Made by a program: the position numbers and the translations under genes. A DNA stretch of 64,000 bases from an uncultured Peptococcaceae bacterium. GTDB taxonomy: Bacteria; Bacillota; Desulfotomaculia; Desulfotomaculales; Desulfohalotomaculaceae. Below the pieces are notes generated by a model that was given only the letters and a program-made list of their open reading frames with translations, was not told the DNA's origin and did no database searches. The stretch's first letter is position 1; each line of letters starts with the position of its first letter. The DNA lies in NCBI GenBank assembly GCA_965546615.1, contig CBEUVQ010000005.1, forward strand, positions 9,272 through 73,271, read 5' to 3'. Shown here in pieces: positions 53,334 through 62,713 of the stretch.

Positions 53334-54881
53334 TTATTTTTCTTCGTTGCCGCGCCTGCCAGGTTCTGTCGGCTTCCTGGCCGGCGACAGCACCGGATTT
53401 TTTGTTGTCTGGCGAACACTTTGCTTTGGTTTTAATATGCTCGGCCGGATATTTTGCATTGACACCGGTGTGCGTATAAAAATAGTCTTTAAGTTTTGTA
53501 AGTTTAACGGAATCAGCGGCCATAAGTAAGGAACACCAAAAGATTTTGTTCTCGCTAAGTATACCAAAATAATTAAAGCAGCAGCTATTAAACCGGGCAG
53601 ACGAAATGCCGCTACCGAAAGCAGCAAAAATAAGCGAACTAATCGCGTAGCCCACGATAGTTCATAGCTGGGTGTTAAAAACACGCCAACCATCGCTATC
53701 GCTGTGTACATAATTACTTCCGCTGTAAACAATCCCACTTGAACAGCCATATCCCCGATTAACAAAGCAGCAATAATGCCCAGTGATGTTGCCAACGGCG
53801 TAGGGGTATGAATTGCTGCCAATCGTATCCAATCAATCGCCAATTCAGCCATTAAAAATTGCCCGATAAGCGGTACTTTCCCCGGCTCGTTCGGACCGAT
53901 GAATTTTAATGACGGAGGCAGTATCTCCGGCTGGATGGCAAACAAAAACCACAGCGGCAGTAAAAATATTGAAGCGGCGATGCCGATATATCTAACCCAC
54001 CGCACATACACACCGACAGCGGGATTTTGCCTGAATTCCTCGGCATGCTGCATTTGATCCCAAAGAGTGGCCGGTGCAATAATCACACTGGGGGATGTAT
54101 CAACCATCACCAAAACCCGCCCTTCCAACAAATGGGCTGCCGCTACATCAGGGCGTTCGGTATAACGCACTTTGGGAAAAGGATTCCAATAGCTGCCCGG
54201 GCTGATTAGTTCTTCCACTGCTTTTTCTGCCATCGGCAGACCGTCAATTTTAATCGCTTTAATTCGTTCTTTAACGTTATCTACCAGCTCAGGGTTTGTA
54301 ATATCTTCCATATAGGCTACAACAATATCTGTTTTTGACCGCACCCCGCTGTGCATCACTGCAAAGCGCAGCCGGGGATCTCTGATTCGACGGCGAAGCA
54401 AAGCGGTATTAAACAACAATGTTTCCACAAAACCATCTCGCGAACCGCGGACAACTTTTTCTAAATCCGGCTCATCAGGCTGTCGGCCGGGATAACTGCG
54501 CACATCAACAATTAATACCCGGTCTTCTCCGTCAACAACAATCGCCAGCGGACCGGACATAATATTATTGATAATTGTGGGCAAATCGCCTTCCGTCTGT
54601 ACTTGAATATGGTTAATGTGCTCATTAAGAAGTTTCTCCAAAGTATGTACTGAAATATCCTGCCGCTGCAGTGTATCGAGATTGCGCAGAATCAACGTCA
54701 TTACTTCATCCTTGACCATGCCGTTGATGTAATACAGCGCTATTTTTCTGCCCGCGACCGTCATTTTCCGACAGATCAAATCAAAGCTTACCCCTACCCC
54801 CAAGGCATCGTTAAGTAATTCGATATTGTCATCAATATGTTTGGACAGTTTGATCTCTGCAGACGCTGTCAAAATAACCAC
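53334..54881 (-). CDS. spoVAF: spore germination protein, GerA-family A subunit (SpoVAF-like)
   Basis: LSKHIDDNIELLNDALG..DLICRKM followed by GerA-type soluble and membrane domains. Its position directly after spoVAEA matches B. subtilis. The start is GTG 54881 or TTG 54872. Confidence 0.82.
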   Translation of the reverse strand: MVILTASAEIKLSKHIDDNIELLNDALGVGVSFDLICRKMTVAGRKIALYYINGMVKDEVMTLILRNLDTLQRQDISVHTLEKLLNEHINHIQVQTEGDLPTIINNIMSGPLAIVVDGEDRVLIVDVRSYPGRQPDEPDLEKVVRGSRDGFVETLLFNTALLRRRIRDPRLRFAVMHSGVRSKTDIVVAYMEDITNPELVDNVKERIKAIKIDGLPMAEKAVEELISPGSYWNPFPKVRYTERPDVAAAHLLEGRVLVMVDTSPSVIIAPATLWDQMQHAEEFRQNPAVGVYVRWVRYIGIAASIFLLPLWFLFAIQPEILPPSLKFIGPNEPGKVPLIGQFLMAELAIDWIRLAAIHTPTPLATSLGIIAALLIGDMAVQVGLFTAEVIMYTAIAMVGVFLTPSYELSWATRLVRLFLLLSVAAFRLPGLIAAALIILVYLARTKSFGVPYLWPLIPLNLQNLKTIFIRTPVSMQNIRPSILKPKQSVRQTTKNPVLSPARKPTEPGRRGNEEK

Positions 54882-55443
54882 TCCTATTCAAAACTTCTTG
54901 CAGAGCTTTTGTCGTTAAGGGAGCACCGTTTTGAACATCATCGCTGCCTCCCATTTTTCCGATATCCCCTATGCCTACAACTACCGGGAATTTTAGCTCC
55001 TTCAATATTTCCACAGTGTCACCGCACAAGCCGGTAAGATTGTTATCGGAGATGAACCCGTCTTTATCTACCGGACAGTTTACAATATCTCCACTGCTGC
55101 TCACAGATTCATTAACCTCTACACCCATTACCCCTTCGGTGTTTGAAGCAACTGCCACTACCCCTAATATTTCTATATCCGGGTGATTTGCCAGATAGCG
55201 AATTGCAGTTTCCCCCGGTCCCTCGCCGTTATAACCGCGGTCATCAACCATTACCACTATCGGATCATATTTAGCCTTTAAAATTTTTTCAGCCAGCTGT
55301 TCCCCTGTCAGCCTGGTTGGATTGCCCCAAGAACTCGAAATGCAGCGAGCTCCGATGTTTTTGGCGGCAGTTTCCACTGCTTCTTTCGCTATCCGGTCAC
55401 CGTCGGTAACTAAAATGACCTTCCTTTTGTCCGCCAAAATCAC
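54832..55443 (-). CDS. spoVAEA: stage V sporulation protein AE, soluble Toprim-like part (SpoVAEA)
   Basis: 203 aa. VILVTDGDRIAKEAVE...IVVMVDD is a Toprim-like pattern. The size and the position before spoVAF match B. subtilis SpoVAEA. Confidence 0.72.
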   Translation of the reverse strand: MILADKRKVILVTDGDRIAKEAVETAAKNIGARCISSSWGNPTRLTGEQLAEKILKAKYDPIVVMVDDRGYNGEGPGETAIRYLANHPDIEILGVVAVASNTEGVMGVEVNESVSSSGDIVNCPVDKDGFISDNNLTGLCGDTVEILKELKFPVVVGIGDIGKMGGSDDVQNGAPLTTKALQEVLNRSGYFDSVCRDQTVQTY

Positions 55444-55483
55444 ACCCCCAAGCTAATGTTCGCATCTCTATTGATATTTCAAG

Positions 55484-55678
55484 TTACTCCGAATAGATTT
55501 TTACTTTTGCTTGAAAATTTGCCAATTTGCCATCAACTACATCCGCTTTAAATCCGGTAATCTCCAAACCGGTAATGTTATCAAAACTTTTATGCGCCTC
55601 ACTAACAGCATTTTGAACAGCAGAACGCCACCCGTCTGTGGATTCACCGACATACTCAACTACAAATAATTGTCCCAT
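55484..55678 (-). CDS. dodecin family protein
   Basis: 64 aa. The pattern VGES..W..AVQNAV.EA.K....ITG.EI......V.DGK...FQAKVKI matches the dodecin (DUF1458) fold signature. An AAGGAGGAG SD precedes the start. Confidence 0.65.
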   Translation of the reverse strand: MGQLFVVEYVGESTDGWRSAVQNAVSEAHKSFDNITGLEITGFKADVVDGKLANFQAKVKIYSE

Positions 55679-55716
55679 ATACTGCTCCTCCTTTTGATTA
55701 CGAGCTAATTCACTGC

Positions 55717-55746
55717 TATTATGTGTCCTGACAAATAATTTAATAC
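55717..55746 (-). promoter_or_regulatory. forespore (sigma-G type) promoter candidate for dodecin-spoVAEA-spoVAF
   Basis: The minus strand reads GTATT-N18-CATAATA, directly after the sigF terminator. Confidence 0.4.
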
Positions 55747-55754
55747 TAGGGCAT

Positions 55755-55788
55755 GAAAAAACACCTAAAGCAGAAGCACTTTAGGTGT
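55755..55788 (-). terminator. intrinsic terminator after sigF
   Basis: ACACCTAAAG-loop-CTTTAGGTGT is followed by TTTTTT on the minus strand, abutting the sigF stop. Confidence 0.85.
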
Positions 55789-56565
55789 CTAGTTCTCTTC
55801 CTTAACAAGTTGTCTCAGTTTCTTCAATGCCTGTCTTTCCAGACGTGATACCTGTACCTGCGAAATATTTAATCGCCTGGCTACTTCCGACTGCGTTAAG
55901 TCATCAAAAAAACGCCAAATAATAATTTTCCGGTCGCGCTCCGATAATTTGGCCAGCAGCTCTTTTACCGCCAACTGTTCTAACCATGGGTTATCGCTGT
56001 CCTGTTCACTTTTTAACTGGTCAAGTATATATATTGGATCACCGTCATCTTGGTGCAGCGTCTCATATATTGATGTCGGCTGTTGAGAAGCTTCCAAAGC
56101 GGTAACCACTTCCTCACGTGTACAGCCCAAATCTTCGGCTATTTCCCCGATAGTCGGCTCGCGGCCGAGTTTGGCGGTAAGCCGATCCTTTGTCATTTGA
56201 ATGCGGTAAGCCGCTTCTTTTATTGATCTGCTCACTTTTACCGGACTGTCATCCCGCAGAAACCGTCTAATCTCACCCACTATCATCGGCACGGCATAAG
56301 TAGAAAATTTAACATCATAGCTTAAATCAAATTTATCAATAGCTTTCATTAAGCCAATGGTACCAATCTGAAAGAGGTCTTCCAACTCATAACCCCGGTT
56401 TTGAAACCTTTGCACCAGGTTAAACACCAGTTTTAAGTTGCAGTTTACCAACTTGTCCCGCGCTTCATGATCGCTGGATTGTGCCCGCTTTATTAAATTG
56501 CGCATTTCCTCATCTTTCAGCAGAGGAAAACGGGGCAAGTTCATTTCTTGTAATCTTCCGCTCAT
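55789..56565 (-). CDS. sigF: RNA polymerase sporulation sigma factor SigF
   Basis: Sigma-70 regions 2-4 are present (LVNCNLKLVFNLVQRF, DLFQIGTIGLMKAIDKFD, SQVQVSRLE). It lies downstream of spoIIAA-spoIIAB. ATG 56565 comes just after the spoIIAB stop. Confidence 0.93.
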   Translation of the reverse strand: MSGRLQEMNLPRFPLLKDEEMRNLIKRAQSSDHEARDKLVNCNLKLVFNLVQRFQNRGYELEDLFQIGTIGLMKAIDKFDLSYDVKFSTYAVPMIVGEIRRFLRDDSPVKVSRSIKEAAYRIQMTKDRLTAKLGREPTIGEIAEDLGCTREEVVTALEASQQPTSIYETLHQDDGDPIYILDQLKSEQDSDNPWLEQLAVKELLAKLSERDRKIIIWRFFDDLTQSEVARRLNISQVQVSRLERQALKKLRQLVKEEN

Positions 56566-56575
56566 TTTTACCGCC

Positions 56576-57025
56576 TTAATGCTCCGGATTTTCCAAAGCA
56601 TTTAGTTTTTTAAACATTACTACAGCGGTTCCTCTTCCCGGAGTAGAGTCAACCTGCAGCCGATCCATAAAAGACTGCATAAAAGTAAAGCCCAAACCCA
56701 TTCTTTCGGAATCTGTGGAATATGCAGGCTGCATCGCTTGTTCCAAATCTGCTATACCGCAGCCGGTGTCTTCCACCTTTATTTCTATGCCGGCTTCAGT
56801 CAACAAAACAGTCAATTGAACAGTTTGATCATAATCACCTTGATAAGCATGCACAATACAATTGGTAACCGCTTCTGCCACCGCCACTTTGATTTCATCA
56901 AGCTCGTTTAAGGTGTAATCCAATTGCGAAGCAAAGGCAGCCACAGTTACCCGAGCAAAAGCCACATTTTCAGGTACGCTTTTAAATTCCAATTTAAACT
57001 GATTAATTTGTTTCAATACCTTCAC
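56576..57025 (-). CDS. spoIIAB: anti-sigma F factor (serine kinase)
   Basis: 149 aa with the GHKL kinase motifs EAVTNCIVHAY and DTGCGI. Confidence 0.93.
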   Translation of the reverse strand: MKVLKQINQFKLEFKSVPENVAFARVTVAAFASQLDYTLNELDEIKVAVAEAVTNCIVHAYQGDYDQTVQLTVLLTEAGIEIKVEDTGCGIADLEQAMQPAYSTDSERMGLGFTFMQSFMDRLQVDSTPGRGTAVVMFKKLNALENPEH

Positions 57026-57032
57026 ATCCTTA

Positions 57033-57371
57033 CTAGCTTATTTTTGCCAATGCTTCATTTTCGTCCTGATAATCATTAATGATATTTAACAGCCCGGAAA
57101 TTTCCAGTATCCGTTTTACCTGGGGCTGCGGCTTCACAAAAGCCATTTTTCCGCCATGCTGAGCAAGTCGTTTATAGCGGCCTAAAATAACACCTAAACC
57201 GGAACTGTCAATATAGGTAACGTTGGTTAAGTTTAGAACTATATGCCTGATTTCATTGTTATCCAAGGCATTGTCCAGATCCGTTCTTAACTTGTCAGCC
57301 ACCGCCAAATCAAACTCACCGGCCAGTTTAACAACCAAAGTGTTTTTTTCAATATTTAGCTCCCATCGCAT
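57033..57371 (-). CDS. spoIIAA: anti-sigma F factor antagonist
   Basis: 112-aa STAS domain with the phosphorylatable serine context YIDSSGLGVILG. Confidence 0.93.
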   Translation of the reverse strand: MRWELNIEKNTLVVKLAGEFDLAVADKLRTDLDNALDNNEIRHIVLNLTNVTYIDSSGLGVILGRYKRLAQHGGKMAFVKPQPQVKRILEISGLLNIINDYQDENEALAKIS

Positions 57372-57404
57372 ATAGAATCCTCCAGTTTTAATGTCAGTTT
57401 CTTT

Positions 57405-57436
57405 TTCTTTTTCTAGAAATGGGATATTTTTCCTTC
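57405..57436 (-). promoter_or_regulatory. sigma-H type promoter candidate for spoIIAA-spoIIAB-sigF
   Basis: On the minus strand GAAGGAAAA (-35, pattern RnAGGAwww) is followed 13-14 nt later by AGAAA (-10, close to GAAT). In B. subtilis spoIIA is sigma-H dependent. Confidence 0.35.
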
Positions 57437-57459
57437 AGAATAATACCATATTCTTTGTC

Positions 57460-57498
57460 GAAAAACAAACCGGCCAAGGCTGTTATAACCTTGGCCGA
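57460..57498 (-). terminator. intrinsic terminator after dacF
   Basis: CGGCCAAGG-loop-CCTTGGCCG is followed by GTTTGTTTTT on the minus strand. Confidence 0.85.
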
Positions 57499-57510
57499 CT
57501 GTTTTCCTAA

Positions 57511-58686
57511 TTAATCCATACTGAATATTTTGTTGATAGTTTTGCCGATGAGCTGCAGCGGAGAAGCTTTAGCCACGTCTTCACAAGCAATTAAGTTTAC
57601 TTTGGTCACTTCTTGGCCGTCTTTCATCACTTTGTAAGTACCGACAACCTGCCCTTTTTGTATCGGTGCCGGCAGGCGGTCGGCAATATCGATTTTCCCT
57701 TCAATACCTTTATTTTCACCGCGCGGTACTACTATTGAAACTTGATCGGCTGTAACCACATTTACTTGTTCAACCATCCCTTTTTCTACCGGAACAGTTT
57801 TCACCTTTTCTGCTTTTTTCGCCAATACTACAGCTTGATAACGTGCAAAGCCGTAGTTAAATAGTTTAATGGTTTCTTGGAAGTGGGTTTTAGGCTGCGG
57901 GCATCCCAGAACAACTGAAATTAAACGCAAATTATCCCGTTCCGCTGATGCCGCCAAACAGTATTTAGCTTCATTGGTCCAGCCGGTTTTTCCGGCATCA
58001 CATCCCCGATACCATTTTAGCAGTTTGTTAGTATTCCAAAGCTTGAATTCTCCACCGCGCAGATCATATTCATACATCCCGGAAATTTTACGAAACAGCG
58101 GATATTTTAAAGCTTCACGAAGAATAACCGACATGTCCTTTGCACTGGTGTAATGATTTGGCGCCGGCAGGCCTGTCGGGTTGGCAAAATGAGTATTTTT
58201 AAGTCCCAGCGCTTTAGCTTTATCGTTCATCATTTGCACAAACGCTTCGGCGCTGCCGCCAATTTGCTCCGCTACCGCCACGCTGGCATCATTGGCGGAA
58301 CCGGTGGCGATAGCAATCATCATCTCTTCAAAAGTTAATTCCTCTCCCGGTTCCAGGTAAATTTGCGAACCACCCATACCGGCAGCATAATCACTGGTAG
58401 TAATGAGGTCAGTTAATTTAATCTGCCCGTTCGCTTCCGCTTCACAGGCCAGCAGCATAGTCATTAATTTGGTGACACTTGCCATCGGCAGCCTTTTATC
58501 AGGGTTTTTACTGAACAAAACTTGACCTGTTTGATAATCCAACAATACCGCCGACTCTGCTGCAGTTTCTAAAGCAGGCGCATCAGCTTCTTGATTTGGG
58601 GGCAGAGATTCCGGTGCCGCCCAAGCCGCAGTAAGCACACCAAACAGCATCAACAATGTGAAAAGTATTGCCGAAATTTTTTTCAA
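57511..58686 (-). CDS. dacF: D-alanyl-D-alanine carboxypeptidase (DacF-like)
   Basis: A signal peptide and the motifs SVTK (SxxK), SAND (SxN-like) and KTGWT (KTG) are present. Its position before spoIIAA matches B. subtilis. The start is TTG with a GGGGGAAG SD. Confidence 0.85.
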   Translation of the reverse strand: MKKISAILFTLLMLFGVLTAAWAAPESLPPNQEADAPALETAAESAVLLDYQTGQVLFSKNPDKRLPMASVTKLMTMLLACEAEANGQIKLTDLITTSDYAAGMGGSQIYLEPGEELTFEEMMIAIATGSANDASVAVAEQIGGSAEAFVQMMNDKAKALGLKNTHFANPTGLPAPNHYTSAKDMSVILREALKYPLFRKISGMYEYDLRGGEFKLWNTNKLLKWYRGCDAGKTGWTNEAKYCLAASAERDNLRLISVVLGCPQPKTHFQETIKLFNYGFARYQAVVLAKKAEKVKTVPVEKGMVEQVNVVTADQVSIVVPRGENKGIEGKIDIADRLPAPIQKGQVVGTYKVMKDGQEVTKVNLIACEDVAKASPLQLIGKTINKIFSMD

Positions 58687-58801
58687 TTTACTTCCCCCTT
58701 TGAAATAAACGAGTTGTCCTTACAATATTATGTTTCATTGGGGGGAAGTTAATGTTTAGTACATTTTGGTTATCAAATGATCTGTTGGATAATACTGCTG
58801 A

Positions 58802-60103
58802 TTATTCAATTACATCATAAATAATCGGCAGTTTGTCTGTACGCCGGGAACCGATAGTTACCGCTCTTCTTAAAATTTGTTCTGCAGTTTGGTATTCCGA
58901 CCGATTAGTATGTAATACCGCCATTACCTCTCCTGTTTCCACCTTATCGCCTACTTTTTTAAGTAAAGTGACGCCGGCTGCATGGTCAACACAGTCAGTT
59001 TTGGTTTTTCTGCCTGCTCCTAAAATCATGGCTGCAGTGCCAATTAATTCAGCATTTATTTGTTCAACATAACCATGTTGATTTGCTTTAACTTCAACAT
59101 GATATTCCGCTGACGGCAGCCTCTCCGGATAATCAACAACTTCCCGGTCTCCGCCTTGAGCAGAGATAAATTGTTTAAACTTTTCCAAAGCTCTGCCTGA
59201 ATAAAGAATTTCCGCCAAAGCTTGATAGGCAGTTTTAAAGTCTGAGTAAGCTTTCCCGGCAACTGCCATATAGGAGGCAATAGTCAAGCATACTTTTGTT
59301 AAATTTTCTTCACCCTGGCCGCGCAAAACATTGATTGCTTCTTTTACTTCATTGGCATTGCCAATTTCATGACCCAACGGCTGGTTCATATCACTCAGTA
59401 CCGCAATGGTTTTCCGATTTAATTTTTTTCCGATCGCCACCATCGTTTGAGCCAACAGTTTTGCATCACTGAGCGACTTCATAAAAGCGCCGGAGCCCAC
59501 TTTAACATCTAAAACAATTGCATCTGCCCCGGAGGCAATCTTTTTGCTCATAATTGAACTGGCAATTAACGGTATCGAGTTAACTGTAGCGGTAACATCA
59601 CGCAGCGCATACAGCTTTTTATCGGCCGGTGTTAAATTGCCGCTCTGACCAACCAATGCAAGCTTATATTGATTAACCTGTCTGATAAATTGTTCACTCG
59701 TCAGCTCAACATTAAAGCCCGGGATGGATTCAAGTTTATCGATCGTCCCGCCGGTATGTCCCAACCCCCGACCGGACATTTTAGCCACCGGCACACCTGT
59801 TGAAGCAACCAGCGGTCCTACAATTAAACTGACTTTATCCCCTACCCCGCCGGTGGAATGTTTGTCTACTTTAATTCCTTCTATTGCTGATAAATCTAAA
59901 GTTTCTCCGGAATTTACCATCGCCATAGTTAAATCCGATATTTCTTGAGCATTCATCCCTTGAAAGTAAACAGCCATAGCCAATGCCGACATTTGATAAT
60001 CCGGGATTTTATCATTGACAAAACCTTCAATGATGAAATTTATTTCCGCTCTGCTGAGGCTTTCGCCATCGCGCTTTTTTTGAATTAAATCCACCATGCG
60101 CAT
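58802..60103 (-). CDS. pdp: pyrimidine-nucleoside phosphorylase
   Basis: [17 protein letters not shown] is the conserved N-terminus. [10 protein letters not shown] and other family motifs are present. A GAGGTG SD lies 9 nt before ATG 60103. Confidence 0.92.
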   Translation of the reverse strand: MRMVDLIQKKRDGESLSRAEINFIIEGFVNDKIPDYQMSALAMAVYFQGMNAQEISDLTMAMVNSGETLDLSAIEGIKVDKHSTGGVGDKVSLIVGPLVASTGVPVAKMSGRGLGHTGGTIDKLESIPGFNVELTSEQFIRQVNQYKLALVGQSGNLTPADKKLYALRDVTATVNSIPLIASSIMSKKIASGADAIVLDVKVGSGAFMKSLSDAKLLAQTMVAIGKKLNRKTIAVLSDMNQPLGHEIGNANEVKEAINVLRGQGEENLTKVCLTIASYMAVAGKAYSDFKTAYQALAEILYSGRALEKFKQFISAQGGDREVVDYPERLPSAEYHVEVKANQHGYVEQINAELIGTAAMILGAGRKTKTDCVDHAAGVTLLKKVGDKVETGEVMAVLHTNRSEYQTAEQILRRAVTIGSRRTDKLPIIYDVIE

Positions 60104-60121
60104 CGTCAATATCACCTCAAC

Positions 60122-61303
60122 TTATTCAACCAATTCGGGAAGCATGCTTTTGCCTGCATTAAATTCCACTTTAAAAACATCTGCCAGCGTAGCGGCAACA
60201 TCAGCAAAGGTGCTGCGCACTCCTAAGTTCGTCCCGCCTTTCACCGCATTGCCGTAAACCAACAGCGGTACATATTCCCGAGAATGATCAGTGCTGGCAG
60301 TAGTAGGATCACAGCCATGGTCAGCAGTAATGATCAATAAGTCGGTATCTTTTAGCGCATCGATTATTTCCGGCAGGCGGTTATCAAAGTCTGTCAAAGC
60401 TTGAGCATAACCCTGCGGATTGTTGCGGTGGCCGTAAGCTTGATCATATTCCACCAGATTGGTAAAAATCAGCCCGCAATTGTCCTTGCGCAAGAAATTT
60501 AGTGTTTTATCCACACCGTCCATGTTATCTTTAGTGCGCACCGCTTCAGTAATACCCCGCCCCGCAAAAATGTCAGATATCTTGCCCACTGCCATTACCG
60601 GGATTTGGTTTGCTGTTAATACATCCAAAACAGTAGTTTTTGTCGGCGGCAATGAGTAATCGTGTCGGTTGGCAGTACGCTTAAAGCTGCCCGGGCGTCC
60701 GACAAACGGTCGGGCAATTACTCTGCCCACCGCTAAATCACCGCTAAGCATTTCGCGGGCAGCAGCACAAATGCGATACAGCTCATCCAGCGGGATGACT
60801 TCTTCATGGGCTGCCACCTGAAACACGCTGTCTGCCGATGTGTAAACAATCGGCTTTTGGGTGCGCATATGCTCTGCACCCAATTCTTCTATGATTTGCG
60901 TTCCGGAAGCGGCTTTATTACCCAGCACCTCTCGGCCGATGCGTTTTTGATATTCGGCAATAAACTCAGCCGGAAAACCGTTCGGAAACACCGGAAACGG
61001 TTTGTCCAAAATAATTCCGGCCAATTCCCAATGTCCGGTAGTGGTATCTTTTCCGGGCGACTTTTCCGCCATTTTGCCGTACGCTGCCAGCGGATTTTCA
61101 GCCGGCGGTACTCCGGGGATTTCAGTAATGCTGCCCAACCCTAATTTGGCAAGTTCAGGAAGATGCAGGCCGCCGACTGCTTTGGCGGTATTAACTAAGG
61201 TATTGCTGCCTTGATCACCGTATTCGGCTGCATCAGGCAATTCACCGATTCCTACACTGTCTAAAACAATAATCACTACCCGGTTAATATCCTGTTTAGA
61301 CAT
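60122..61303 (-). CDS. deoB: phosphopentomutase
   Basis: [23 protein letters not shown] and [10 protein letters not shown] motifs are present. ATG 61303 has an AAGGAGAG SD. Confidence 0.93.
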   Translation of the reverse strand: MSKQDINRVVIIVLDSVGIGELPDAAEYGDQGSNTLVNTAKAVGGLHLPELAKLGLGSITEIPGVPPAENPLAAYGKMAEKSPGKDTTTGHWELAGIILDKPFPVFPNGFPAEFIAEYQKRIGREVLGNKAASGTQIIEELGAEHMRTQKPIVYTSADSVFQVAAHEEVIPLDELYRICAAAREMLSGDLAVGRVIARPFVGRPGSFKRTANRHDYSLPPTKTTVLDVLTANQIPVMAVGKISDIFAGRGITEAVRTKDNMDGVDKTLNFLRKDNCGLIFTNLVEYDQAYGHRNNPQGYAQALTDFDNRLPEIIDALKDTDLLIITADHGCDPTTASTDHSREYVPLLVYGNAVKGGTNLGVRSTFADVAATLADVFKVEFNAGKSMLPELVE

Positions 61304-61364
61304 AAAACTTTCTCTCCTTTTCAAGGTAAGTTCTTTTCTTTTTTCCGCTAAAATTAGTTTATAC

Positions 61365-61390
61365 TAAACAGGGCGCGATAAATCGCGCCG
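61365..61390 (-). terminator. weak terminator candidate after xerD
   Basis: GGCGCGA-TTTA-TCGCGCC is followed by CTGTTTAGT. The U-tract is poor. Confidence 0.35.
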
Positions 61391-61421
61391 CAGTTAATTG
61401 TACATAAAATTGAAATCCTGC

Positions 61422-62375
61422 CTATGCTCTCGGATGAGTTTGCGAGTAAACATCTTTAATTCTGCTCTTGGTTAAATGGGTATAGATTTGCGTTGTGGTA
61501 ATATCGGCATGACCAAGCATTTCTTGTACTGAACGCAAGTCAGCTCCGTTTTCCAGTAAATGAGTGGCAAAAGAATGGCGCAGTGTATGAGGAGTAATCG
61601 GCTTGCCAATTTTACCCTGGCGGGCATATTTTTTAATGATTTTCCAGAATCCCTGCCGGGTAAGTCTTCTGCCGTGCTGATTGACAAACAACGCCCGCTC
61701 TTCTTTTTTGTTTTTGGTTAGTTTTTGTCGGGAGCTTTCCAAATAGTTTTCAACATATTTAACGGCAACTGAGCCTAAAGGAACAATTCTTTCTTTTGAT
61801 CCTTTACCGAAACAGCGAATAAAACCCATCTCTAAGTTGACATCTTCCAGATTCAAAGAAACCAGCTCCGACACGCGAATACCGGTTGCGTACAACAGCT
61901 CCAACATTGCTTTGTCTCTTTGACCTGCAGGGTAAGCAAGCTGCGGCTGATTTAACAGAATCTCCACCTCTTCAAAAGTAAGCACCTGTGGCAAACGGTG
62001 ATTTAAGCGGGGTGATTCCAAATTGGCCGTTGGATCGGAAACAATCATGTTTTCATTATGCATAAAGCGATATAACGATTTTATCGCTGCCAATCTTCTG
62101 GATATCGTAGCAGGGGCGCGGCCGTTTTTTTGCAGCTGCATTAAGAAGCCTAAGATATTGTTTTTGTTTGTTTCATTCAGCGCAGTTATTCCTTGACTTT
62201 TCAAATAAGCGATATATTGATTTAAATCCATTTGGTATGATGCCAAAGTATTGTTAGCCAATCCCCGCTCTGCTGAAAGGTAATGGATAAAGGCTTGAAT
62301 TATTTTTTCCACCTGCAGCCCCCCTAGCTTCCAACCTAAAAAATAAAGAACAGTTTTATTAGTAACTATTTCCAC
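61422..62375 (-). CDS. xerD: site-specific tyrosine recombinase XerD
   Basis: The N-terminal SAM-like domain (FIHYLSAERGLANNTLASY) and the catalytic residues in TGIRVSEL, HTLRHSFATHLL and LGHADITTTQIYTH are present. The context is housekeeping. Confidence 0.85.
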   Translation of the reverse strand: MEIVTNKTVLYFLGWKLGGLQVEKIIQAFIHYLSAERGLANNTLASYQMDLNQYIAYLKSQGITALNETNKNNILGFLMQLQKNGRAPATISRRLAAIKSLYRFMHNENMIVSDPTANLESPRLNHRLPQVLTFEEVEILLNQPQLAYPAGQRDKAMLELLYATGIRVSELVSLNLEDVNLEMGFIRCFGKGSKERIVPLGSVAVKYVENYLESSRQKLTKNKKEERALFVNQHGRRLTRQGFWKIIKKYARQGKIGKPITPHTLRHSFATHLLENGADLRSVQEMLGHADITTTQIYTHLTKSRIKDVYSQTHPRA

Positions 62376-62407
62376 AATAATTGCATAAATCCTCTGTCAA
62401 TTAAATT

Positions 62408-62713
62408 TTATTTGCCGCGATGATAATCTTTTAGATTTTCGATCAATCGGTTAAATAACCGGTTAAAAATATTTTCATCTGATTCTTCCGGGAGAACTGC
62501 CGGTACTGCCTGTTCTACTTTCATGGGATTGCCGCTGGGGTGCTGTTCATCCTTAATTCTGTCCGGAAAGTTTATTGATTTGATTACGCCCCATAACTGA
62601 GCAATCAAGATAATCAGTATAGACAGTGCAAAAAGCAGCCTTAAAATCTGCATAATGCCGTTCTTAGTTTTTTTAAGAATGAAAATAAACACGCTGTTAC
62701 CCCCTTTATTCAA
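62408..62713 (-). CDS. hypothetical small membrane protein
   Basis: One TM helix (ILRLLFALSILIILIAQLWGVI). It abuts the spoIIM stop. The probable start is the internal ATG (MQILRL). Confidence 0.45.
   Translation of the reverse strand: MNKGGNSVFIFILKKTKNGIMQILRLLFALSILIILIAQLWGVIKSINFPDRIKDEQHPSGNPMKVEQAVPAVLPEESDENIFNRLFNRLIENLKDYHRGK

Noticed and set aside
53171-53655. Overlapping minus-strand ORFs 53171-53419 and 53302-53655.
   Set aside because: They overlap the spoVAF 3' end and its terminator in other frames and lack SDs. spoVAF, the terminator and the promoter account for the region.
61422-62375. The tyrosine recombinase as a marker of an integrated mobile element.
   Set aside because: It has XerD-type motifs and sits in the conserved spoIIM-xerD-deoB-pdp-dacF housekeeping context. 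I saw no flanking repeats, phage genes or tRNA attachment site.
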